Part shown: piece by piece, positions 1 through 7,715 of the stretch
Layout: each line of letters begins with the position of its first letter
Numbering within the stretch: the first letter of the stretch is position 1
NCBI GenBank assembly: GCA_938091905.1
Contig: CALKOM010000086.1
Location: forward strand, 1 to 18,749
DNA: 18,749 bases
DNA from: an uncultured Verrucomicrobiales bacterium
GTDB taxonomy: Bacteria > Verrucomicrobiota > Verrucomicrobiia > Verrucomicrobiales > DEV007
Direction of reading: 5' to 3'
The notes under the pieces: generated by a model
What the model was told of the DNA's origin: nothing
Seen by the model: only the letters and a program-made list of their open reading frames with translations
Databases searched by the model: none
Made by a program: the position numbers and the translations under genes

Positions 1-106
1 GTTGAGTCGTTGAGTCGTTGAGTCGTTGAGTCGTTGAGTCGTTGAGTCGTTGAGTCGTTGAGTCGTTGAGTCGTTGAGTCGTTGAGTCGTTGAGTCGTTG
101 AGTCGT
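1..106. repeat. Perfect 8-bp tandem repeat (GTTGAGTC)n, at least 13 copies, running off the left edge
   Basis: 13 exact GTTGAGTC units at 1-104 plus a partial GT. There are no spacers, so it is not a CRISPR array. Confidence 0.98.
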
Positions 107-284
107 GAATGGCCCGTTACCGTCCCGTCAGTCAAATGATGGTGATGGCCCTACATCGTTTATCCACCATAAGCTTCAATGATTCGATGAAGGCAGCGAG
201 CCCGAAACCTTTGATTCGGTTTCATTGCCAAGCGGTTGGGTAGTGGAGATAGGCAGAGTTCGCCTGGCGGAATACCAGGTCGCA

Positions 285-300
285 TGGCACGGATACTGCG
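285..300 (+). promoter_or_regulatory. Sigma54 (RpoN) -24/-12 promoter of operon 1
   Basis: TGGCACGGATACTGCG has GG(286-287)-N10-GC(298-299), a close match to the consensus YTGGCACGNNNNTTGCW, about 40 nt upstream of the ATG at 339. Predicted TSS is near 311. Confidence 0.8.
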
Positions 301-338
301 GCGTGACTGATAATACTTTCTAATCAATAAGTCATACT

Positions 339-830
339 ATGGATCTTCCTCAGACCACAAAACGCATCAGCGTCTCTTTGCCCGGCTCTGTTTACCAAGC
401 CTTGGATGGCATCATCCAGAAGCAGGGCTTTGAGAATCGATCCCAAGCGATTGCGGAGATCATCATGGCTCGAAATAGCCAGCTTGAGCAAGAAACCGGA
501 AATGAGATCACAGCTGGTGTCATCACGCTTGTTTACGATGTCACGAAAGGGAATATCCAGCGGGAGCTGGCGGACCTTCAGCGAGAGCACATCGATGAAG
601 TGATCAGCACTCTAAGCGTCTTGTTAGAAGATGATTACGTGATGGAAGTGATGATCGTGCAAGGGCCCGGCCGCAAATTGCGCGCGCTGGCGAATAAGTT
701 CATTAGTCGGAAAGGCGTGCGTACGGGAAAGATGACGATGGCCTCACAGATCATGCCGCCGATTCACCCCCTGCCGCAAAGCCGGCTTGAAGAAGAAACC
801 CCTGAGAATCCCTATGCCCCCCCTGTATAG
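339..830 (+). CDS. NikR-like CopG/ribbon-helix-helix transcriptional regulator with C-terminal ACT-like domain; canonical Ni ligands absent
   Basis: N-terminal RHH (KRISVSLP...LD...[13 protein letters not shown]) followed by a NikR_C-like domain (AGVITLVYD...LQ..H.D.VISTL.V.L...MEV..V.G...KGVRTGK). Confidence 0.88.
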   Translation: MDLPQTTKRISVSLPGSVYQALDGIIQKQGFENRSQAIAEIIMARNSQLEQETGNEITAGVITLVYDVTKGNIQRELADLQREHIDEVISTLSVLLEDDYVMEVMIVQGPGRKLRALANKFISRKGVRTGKMTMASQIMPPIHPLPQSRLEEETPENPYAPPV

Positions 831-1530
831 AATCACCATCACCGGTGGCGGCATGTGGTCAAAGATCATCGGCCGCGGGAAAACCATTCGCCTTACTGAT
901 CTCGAAGGTGGCGCTAATGTCTCGATGCTTCTCTACAACGCGGCTGAACGGTTGGAACGTTACAACATGCCGGATACGTTGAAGGGGCAGCAGATCTTCT
1001 TTCTCACGGCGCCATACTGCATCCACTCGGACATGGGACGGATCTTCTGCTCCGTCACAGAAGATACAGCAGGCTGGCATGACACGGTCTGCGGCTGCAC
1101 CCAGGCAAGGACGGTGGAGAAGAAATACGGCGTAAAAACGTATCAGAATGGACGAAACGATTTCTACCGCAACGGGCATGAGAATTTTATCATCGAACTC
1201 GCAAAGTGGGGCCTAGGAAAACGCGACCTCATCCCTAACATCAATTTCTTCAGCAAAGTCACATCGAATGAAGAAGGCAGACTCACGTTCGACCAAGACG
1301 CCACTAAGGCAGGCGCGCACATTGATCTGCGGTTCGAGATGGACACCCTTGTCATTCTCAATACGTGCCAGCATCCGCTCGATCCCAATCCCGTGTATGC
1401 TCCTAAGCCTGTTGAACTTAGTGTCACGCAAGCAACGCCTCCTGGGGCCGAGGATCCCTCCCGAATATCCTGCCCAGAGAACGAACGGGCATTCATCAAT
1501 ACAGAGGACTACTACCACTTGTGCGCATGA
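814..1530 (+). CDS. cgdA: DUF1989 urea-carboxylase-associated protein 2 / carboxyguanidine deiminase subunit A
   Basis: Motifs [47 protein letters not shown] 814 is preferred over the TTG at 787 and overlaps the end of the regulator gene. Confidence 0.88.
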   Translation: MPPLYRITITGGGMWSKIIGRGKTIRLTDLEGGANVSMLLYNAAERLERYNMPDTLKGQQIFFLTAPYCIHSDMGRIFCSVTEDTAGWHDTVCGCTQARTVEKKYGVKTYQNGRNDFYRNGHENFIIELAKWGLGKRDLIPNINFFSKVTSNEEGRLTFDQDATKAGAHIDLRFEMDTLVILNTCQHPLDPNPVYAPKPVELSVTQATPPGAEDPSRISCPENERAFINTEDYYHLCA

Positions 1531-2159
1531 AGGAGAGCTCATTAGATCCCAACAGGGCCGCCTACGTGGCGACGGTTCTCGCAGGCGATCACTGGATGCA
1601 CGAAGTGCGCAAAGGGCAAACATTTCGCATCTTGGATCTGGAAGGCAATCAGGCAGCAGACACGCTGTTCTACAACGCACATAATCCTGAAGAGCGCTAC
1701 AGCGCTTCGGACACCATCCAGCAACAATCCAATCTCTACCTAACTTCAGGCAGCGCCCTGATTTCAAATGAAGGCAACACGCTCCTCACGATCGTGGCCG
1801 ATACTTGTGGTCGACACGACACGGTGGGAGGTGCGTGTTCTCGTGAAAGTAATACCATGCGGTATGCGTTAGACAAAGAGCCCATGCATACCTGTCGCGA
1901 TAGTTTCATCTGCGGGCTGTCTCATTGGGGGCAGGGCCTCGGGAAACGGGATATCACATGCAACATCAATTTCTTCATGAACGTGCCGGTGACGCCCGAG
2001 GGGAGACTCACATTTGAAGACGGAATCTCTGCGCCTGGGCGTTATGTGGAGATGCGCGCCGAGATGGACGTCCTCGCTCTGATCTCCAACTGCCCGCAGC
2101 TGAACAATCCGTGCAACGGTTACAATCCAACACCTGTGCAGGTGCTGATCTGGGACTAA
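1527..2159 (+). CDS. cgdB: DUF1989 urea-carboxylase-associated protein 1 / carboxyguanidine deiminase subunit B
   Basis: Motifs [67 protein letters not shown] overlap with the cgdA stop at 1527-1530. Confidence 0.9.
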   Translation: MKESSLDPNRAAYVATVLAGDHWMHEVRKGQTFRILDLEGNQAADTLFYNAHNPEERYSASDTIQQQSNLYLTSGSALISNEGNTLLTIVADTCGRHDTVGGACSRESNTMRYALDKEPMHTCRDSFICGLSHWGQGLGKRDITCNINFFMNVPVTPEGRLTFEDGISAPGRYVEMRAEMDVLALISNCPQLNNPCNGYNPTPVQVLIWD

Positions 2160-2164
2160 GATCG

Positions 2165-5100
2165 ATGCTCAAAAAAGTTCTCATCGCTAATCGCGGCGAA
2201 ATTGCTTGCCGGATCATTCGGACCCTCAAACGCCTTGGCATCAAGTCGGTCGCGATTTACTCGGAAGCGGATCGGGATTCGCTTCATGTCAGTGACGCTG
2301 AGGAAGCCTACTGTGTCGGACCTGCTGCTGTAGCGGAGAGTTATCTCCAGCAGGAGACGATCCTCCGCGTTGCCAAGGAAACCCAGGCGGACGGCATTCA
2401 CCCTGGCTACGGCCTTCTCAGTGAATCGCCGACCTTTGCTCAGGCCTGCGAAGATGTGGGGATTCGATTCATCGGCCCGACACCTGAACAGATGCAGGCC
2501 TTTGCGCTGAAGCATCAAGCACGAGCTTTGGCAGAAGAGACTGGGGTGCCGCTCTTGCCTGGCACAGGAGTGTTGCAAAACCTGGACCAAGCTCAAAAAG
2601 CCGCAAAAGAGATTGGTTATCCTATCATTCTCAAAAGCTCAGGCGGTGGCGGGGGGATCGGTATGGCTGTTTGCCAGGATGACGCTGAATTATTCGCGAA
2701 TTACGAGATGGTTTCCCGCCTGGCCCGCTCCAACTTTGGCAATGAAGAGATCTTCCTCGAGAAGTTTGTTTCAGAGTCTCGCCACGTGGAGGTGCAAGCC
2801 TTAGGTGATGGCAAGGGAAACGTGTGGGTCTTTGGTGAACGAGACTGTTCACTTCAGCGCCGCAATCAGAAGGTCATCGAAGAGACGCCCGCTCCCGGGC
2901 TTACCGCTGCCATTCGCGATGCCTTAGCTGCTGCGGCGACGACTCTTCTTAAGCGCGTCTGCTACCGTTCGGCGGGCACGGTCGAATTTCTCTACGATGC
3001 TCAGGGCGAGGCGTTCTACTTTCTGGAAGTTAACACACGTCTCCAAGTCGAGCATGGCGTGACCGAAGCGGTCACTGGCACCGATCTTGTAGAGTTGATG
3101 CTACGGGTAGCCGCAGATGAAAGCGTTTCCCCAGAGGTAGCCGTGTCAGGGCATTCGATGGAGGCCCGCGTCTATGCCGAGAATCCTAATAAGGACTTTC
3201 AACCATCGACGGGACTCCTAACCAATGTCTCGTTTCCGGACGGCGTCCGGGTGGACTCTTGGATTTCAAGTGGAATCGAGATAACGCCGCACTACGACCC
3301 CATGCTGGCGAAAGTAATTGTGCATGCTCCCACGCGTCTGGAAGCCGCCAAGACTTTGCATCAGACCCTCAAGGCCTCGCGTATCGACGGTATCACTACG
3401 AATCTGCCCTACCTTGCCGACATCGCGGCCTCCGAGGCGTTTGGCGCAGGATCGGTCTCAACGAAATTCTTGAAGGATTTCAGGCATGTCTCGCGAACGG
3501 TAGAAGTCCTTGCTCCAGGCACCCTAACAACCATTCACGACCATCCGGGACGCGTTGGCTATTGGGAAATAGGGATTCCCCCTTCGGGTCCGATGGACAG
3601 CCGTTCATTCGAGCTTGCCAACATGATCGTGGGTAACCCCAAAGAAGCGGCTGGTTTAGAAATGACCATGAATGGCCCGGCGTTGCGCTTTCACTCGGAC
3701 AGCGTGATCGCCCTTACAGGTGCAGACATGGGAGCCACACTAAACGAGAAACCCATAGGACGCTGGACTGCTATTTCTGTTAAGGCTGACGATATCATTA
3801 AACTTGGCGGCATCTTGGGCGAGGGCGCGCGTGCCTACTTGGCCATTCGTCACGGCATCGATGTCCCGCCCTATCTGGGTAGTCGATCCACCTTCACATT
3901 GGGTGCGTTTGGGGGACATGGTGGGCGCCCACTGCGCGCCGGAGATGTCTTGCATCAAGATCAAGTGAAAGCAACCGAGGCGGCAATCGCTCAGCTAGAA
4001 ACCAATCTGATTCCCTCCTTCACCAAGTCGTGGGAGATCGGCGTGCTTTACGGCCCTCATGGGGCACCCGAGTTCTTCAAAGAAAGCTACATTGAAACTT
4101 TCATAAGAACAGATTGGAAAGTGCATTTCAACTCGGCGCGAACCGGCGTGCGCCTTATTGGCCCCAGGCCGGAATGGGCGCGCGCTGATGGTGGTGAGGC
4201 CGGGCTACATCCGTCTAACATTCACGATAATCCCTACGCGATAGGCGCCATCGATTTCACGGGCGACATGCCGGTTATTCTCGGTCCGGATGGCCCTAGC
4301 CTTGGCGGCTTTGTATGCCCCTTCACTATCGTTGAGGACGAACTGTGGAAGATGGGACAACTCAATGCTGGAGATACGATTAGTTTCCGCTTGGTAACTA
4401 AGACGCTAGAAAGTCCAATCGTGGCGAGCGATGAAGAGATGGTGTATCGGCGCTCGGGAGATCGCAATGTCTTGATCGAGTTCGGCCCGCCCAAGCTCGA
4501 TATCGCTCTGCGATTGAAAGTCCACCAAATATATGAACACCTCAAGGAGGCAGATCTGCCCGGCGTGCTCGATATTACTCCGGGCGTTCGCACGTTGCAG
4601 ATACATTTCGATCGAAGCGAATCGATCGAGTCGATGACGGCAAAGGTTCGAGAGATGGTGAAGACTCTTCGTCGAGTCGAAGACTACGAAATACGCTCCC
4701 GGATCGTGCACCTACCGCTTTCATGGGATGATCCATCGACCCGCGAAGCAATTGAGAAATATCACGCCACCGTGCGAAAGGATGCGCCTTGGTATCCTAG
4801 CAATATCGAATTTATTCGCCGTATCAATGGCCTTGAGACTATCGACGAGGTGTATCGAACAATTTTTGATGCGAGCTATGTCGTCCTTGGATTGGGAGAC
4901 GTTTATCTGGGTGCGCCAGTCGCCACACCGCTAGATCCGAGGCATCGCTTGGTCACTACGAAATACAACCCTGCCCGCACATGGACTCCAGAGAATGCCG
5001 TGGGTATTGGCGGCGCCTATCTTTGCATCTATGGGATGGAAGGACCCGGCGGTTATCAGTTTGTCGGGCGCACCGTTCAGATGTGGAATCGCTACCGGTC

Positions 5101-5635
5101 TACGGAACATTTTGAACCTGATAAGCCCTGGCTCCTCAGATTCTTCGATCAGGTGAAATTTTATCCGGTCTCGACCGAAGAGTTGGCTGAAATTCGTCAG
5201 GACTTCGTACGCGGGCGCTATCAACTCAAGGTTGAGGAAACGAAGTTTAATCTAGCAGACTATCAACGCTACCTAACAGAGAACGCCTCTTCCATCGAAG
5301 CCTTCCGTGCGCATCAGCACCTTTCCTTCAACGAAGAGCGCCAGCGATGGAATGATGCTGAGGAAACCCTTGAAGATGCCATGGCTCCCGAAGTTGTTTC
5401 TGAGGCTCCAGCCGGAACCGTAACTGTCGAGTCGCCCATTGCGGGAAACATGTGGAAACTTTGCGTAACAGAAGGCCAAACGGTTTTACTGGGTGAGCCG
5501 ATTGCCATTCTCGAAAGTATGAAGATGGAGATGACGGTCGCATCATCGGCCGAGGGTGTGGTCGTAAGGTTAGTGGCAGAACCCGGGAATACTATCCATC
5601 CTGGCCAAGCAATCGCATACCTGAAGACGTCATGA
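2165..5635 (+). CDS. uca: Urea carboxylase family enzyme, probably guanidine-preferring (biotin carboxylase + carboxyltransferase + BCCP)
   Basis: Starts MLKKVLIANRGEIA at ATG 2165. BC motifs HPGYG, RDCSLQRRNQK, FLEVNTRLQVEH. CT motifs GLHPSNIHD, GAIDFTGD, LGDVYLGAP, TTKYNPARTWT, GPGGYQ. Biotinylation motif ESMKME. Confidence 0.96.
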   Translation: MLKKVLIANRGEIACRIIRTLKRLGIKSVAIYSEADRDSLHVSDAEEAYCVGPAAVAESYLQQETILRVAKETQADGIHPGYGLLSESPTFAQACEDVGIRFIGPTPEQMQAFALKHQARALAEETGVPLLPGTGVLQNLDQAQKAAKEIGYPIILKSSGGGGGIGMAVCQDDAELFANYEMVSRLARSNFGNEEIFLEKFVSESRHVEVQALGDGKGNVWVFGERDCSLQRRNQKVIEETPAPGLTAAIRDALAAAATTLLKRVCYRSAGTVEFLYDAQGEAFYFLEVNTRLQVEHGVTEAVTGTDLVELMLRVAADESVSPEVAVSGHSMEARVYAENPNKDFQPSTGLLTNVSFPDGVRVDSWISSGIEITPHYDPMLAKVIVHAPTRLEAAKTLHQTLKASRIDGITTNLPYLADIAASEAFGAGSVSTKFLKDFRHVSRTVEVLAPGTLTTIHDHPGRVGYWEIGIPPSGPMDSRSFELANMIVGNPKEAAGLEMTMNGPALRFHSDSVIALTGADMGATLNEKPIGRWTAISVKADDIIKLGGILGEGARAYLAIRHGIDVPPYLGSRSTFTLGAFGGHGGRPLRAGDVLHQDQVKATEAAIAQLETNLIPSFTKSWEIGVLYGPHGAPEFFKESYIETFIRTDWKVHFNSARTGVRLIGPRPEWARADGGEAGLHPSNIHDNPYAIGAIDFTGDMPVILGPDGPSLGGFVCPFTIVEDELWKMGQLNAGDTISFRLVTKTLESPIVASDEEMVYRRSGDRNVLIEFGPPKLDIALRLKVHQIYEHLKEADLPGVLDITPGVRTLQIHFDRSESIESMTAKVREMVKTLRRVEDYEIRSRIVHLPLSWDDPSTREAIEKYHATVRKDAPWYPSNIEFIRRINGLETIDEVYRTIFDASYVVLGLGDVYLGAPVATPLDPRHRLVTTKYNPARTWTPENAVGIGGAYLCIYGMEGPGGYQFVGRTVQMWNRYRSTEHFEPDKPWLLRFFDQVKFYPVSTEELAEIRQDFVRGRYQLKVEETKFNLADYQRYLTENASSIEAFRAHQHLSFNEERQRWNDAEETLEDAMAPEVVSEAPAGTVTVESPIAGNMWKLCVTEGQTVLLGEPIAILESMKMEMTVASSAEGVVVRLVAEPGNTIHPGQAIAYLKTS

Positions 5636-7362
5636 TCTCTACTCAGTCTATCAGAAAACTGAGAAGCGACTATGCCGATGGCTCGCTTACCGTCGACACC
5701 TTGCTAGACCACGTCGTGGCTCAGGCAGACGCTTGCGACCCATCTATCTGGATATATCGCCTGAGCCGGGAGGAACTTCAGGCCTACGCGGAACGTTTGT
5801 CTGGTCGAGAAGGCCTGCCTCTCTATGGCGTTCCGTTCGCGATAAAGGATAACATTGACCTTGAAGGTGTGCCCACGACCGCAGGATGCCCCGAGTTTGC
5901 CTACACGCCGACCAAGTCAGCTACAGTGGTCGCAAAGCTAATCGAAGCAGGAGCCATTCCGATCGGAAAAACGAATCTCGATCAGTTTGCCACCGGCTTG
6001 GTCGGCGTCCGGTCACCTTATGGTATTCCTGGTAATGCCATTGATCCGGACAATGTTCCCGGCGGCTCCAGTTCGGGATCCGCCGTAGCCGTGGCCAAGG
6101 GGCTCGTCACCTTCTCGTTGGGCACGGATACCGCTGGCTCCGGCCGCGTTCCGGCGGCTTTGAACAAGCTTGTCGGCCTAAAGCCAACATGCGGCCGGTT
6201 GAGCACTCACGGCGTCGTTCCAGCCTGTCGAACACTTGATTGCGTCTCCATTTTCGCCCAGACAAATGCGGATGCTTATGAAGTTCTTCGAGCGGCAGAA
6301 GGCTTTGATCACAAAGATCCTTACAGTCGTCGACTTCCGATTTCACTTCCCCCGGTTCCAAAGTCGCCTCGCGTAGCAACTCCCCGACCGAGAGATCTCG
6401 AGTTCTTCGGCAATACTGCGTCAGAACAGGCGTTCACGGAGACCTGCGAGAAGATGGTTTCGCTGGGGTGGACCCTCACAGAAGTCGATTTTCGGCCATT
6501 TCTCGAAGTTGCTCGCCTTCTCTATGAAGGACCATGGGTTGCTGAGCGGTATGCAGCCATTCGCGCATTTATTGAAGGTAAGCCCCAGGCCCTTCACCGT
6601 GTGACGCGAGAGATCATCGGGAAGGGTGATCAAATTCTCGCTGTCGACGCCTTTGAGTCCTTCTATCAGTTGCAGGCAAGGCGAAGAGAGCTGGAACCCT
6701 TCTGGGAGTCCTTCGATATGCTTGTCACACCCACCGTAGGGACGACCTACAGCATCGCTGAAGTTGAAGCCGACCCAATTCAGCTGAACAGCAATCTAGG
6801 CTACTACACCAATTTCGTGAACTTGCTCGACATGGCTGCGGTGGCCGTGCCAGCAAGTGTGGTAGACAATGGTAATCCCTTTGGGATAACACTATCGGCA
6901 CCAGCATTTCACGATCTACAGCTGTTGTGTCTTGCCGATCAGATCCAGGGTATTCAGTCTTTCGCGATCCCTGATAGACTCGACCACTGTCTACTCGCAG
7001 TCTGTGGGGCCCATCTTCAAGGCCTGCCCTTGCATCACCAACTCACGGACCTCGGGGGCACCTTTGTGGAGCGAACGACAACGTCACCCCACTATCGACT
7101 ATACGCACTCCCAAACACCACGCCTCTCAAGCCTGGCCTTCTCCGAGATGAAACGGGAGCTGGAGAATCTATAGAAATAGAAATCTACGCGCTCACCAAA
7201 GAAGCTTTCGGTCACTTTGTAAGCCAGATCCCATCACCTTTGGGTATTGGTCGAATTGAAACAGCCAGTGGCGATTCTGTTTCTGGCTTTCTCTGCGAAC
7301 CCTTTGCTATACGGGAAGCGAAAGAGCTTACCAAGCTACGCAGCTGGCGCAACTATCGGTGA
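5632..7362 (+). CDS. atzF: Allophanate hydrolase (amidase signature family)
   Basis: FAIKDNID, GKTNLDQFATGLVG, GGSSSGS, GTDTAGSGRVPA, LLYEGPWVAER, and C-terminal domain AVCGAHL.GLPL. ATGA overlap with uca. Confidence 0.96.
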   Translation: MISTQSIRKLRSDYADGSLTVDTLLDHVVAQADACDPSIWIYRLSREELQAYAERLSGREGLPLYGVPFAIKDNIDLEGVPTTAGCPEFAYTPTKSATVVAKLIEAGAIPIGKTNLDQFATGLVGVRSPYGIPGNAIDPDNVPGGSSSGSAVAVAKGLVTFSLGTDTAGSGRVPAALNKLVGLKPTCGRLSTHGVVPACRTLDCVSIFAQTNADAYEVLRAAEGFDHKDPYSRRLPISLPPVPKSPRVATPRPRDLEFFGNTASEQAFTETCEKMVSLGWTLTEVDFRPFLEVARLLYEGPWVAERYAAIRAFIEGKPQALHRVTREIIGKGDQILAVDAFESFYQLQARRRELEPFWESFDMLVTPTVGTTYSIAEVEADPIQLNSNLGYYTNFVNLLDMAAVAVPASVVDNGNPFGITLSAPAFHDLQLLCLADQIQGIQSFAIPDRLDHCLLAVCGAHLQGLPLHHQLTDLGGTFVERTTTSPHYRLYALPNTTPLKPGLLRDETGAGESIEIEIYALTKEAFGHFVSQIPSPLGIGRIETASGDSVSGFLCEPFAIREAKELTKLRSWRNYR

Positions 7363-7608
7363 TTCGTAGCACGAACACAACCGTAGCATCCTACTCTAGC
7401 GCTGCGCGTCTAGATGAATATTAAGAAGACAGAAACTATAAGCGTAAGCTCCTATCTGCGGACAATATTCTAACCAGCTCGATCGTAATACTCTATTTAT
7501 TTTACGGCCGAACACCTCAATCTAACTCTTTGATAATTAATCTTTTAAGTAGTGCGACTCAATTCATTCACCGAATTCATGAATAGGATTCATGGTCAAA
7601 CGTGAACA

Positions 7609-7625
7609 CTGGCACCCTCTCTGCT
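7609..7625 (+). promoter_or_regulatory. Sigma54 -24/-12 promoter of operon 2 (porin-urt-ure)
   Basis: CTGGCACCCTCTCTGCT has GG(7611-7612)-N10-GC(7623-7624), about 90 nt upstream of ATG 7716, preceded by an AT-rich tract. Confidence 0.78.
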
Positions 7626-7715
7626 CCCCCGATGGCTTGTCTGCCTGATTCCGAGATTTCTCTCAAATAGAGAATGACTTGATGGCGCAACTAACATCGA
7701 CCTAATCACCCTTAC

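Noticed and set aside
1..106. CRISPR array, or a coding repeat on the minus strand
   Set aside because: The units are contiguous 8-mers with no spacers. Minus-strand frames are closed by stops at 117-162, leaving only a weak TTG start.
139..170. NtrC binding site from the TGGTG/CACCA half-sites
   Set aside because: The half-sites are in the wrong order and spacing for TGCACC-N5-TGGTGCA.
107..338. Guanidine riboswitch (ykkC, mini-ykkC, ykkC-III)
   Set aside because: Expected from the gene context, but the hallmark motifs were not found by eye and the predicted leader is too short. An Infernal scan is needed for certainty.
339..830. Calling the regulator a bona fide nikR
   Set aside because: All four high-affinity Ni ligands are substituted.
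7383..7394. NtcA box
   Set aside because: The spacing is GTA-N6-TAC rather than GTA-N8-TAC, and the sigma54 promoters argue against a cyanobacterial host.
7650..7700. ANTAR dual-hairpin in the porin leader (TTCTCT/AGAGAA and GATG/CATC stems)
   Set aside because: The loops lack the hexanucleotide AxxGxx pattern and there is no associated terminator.
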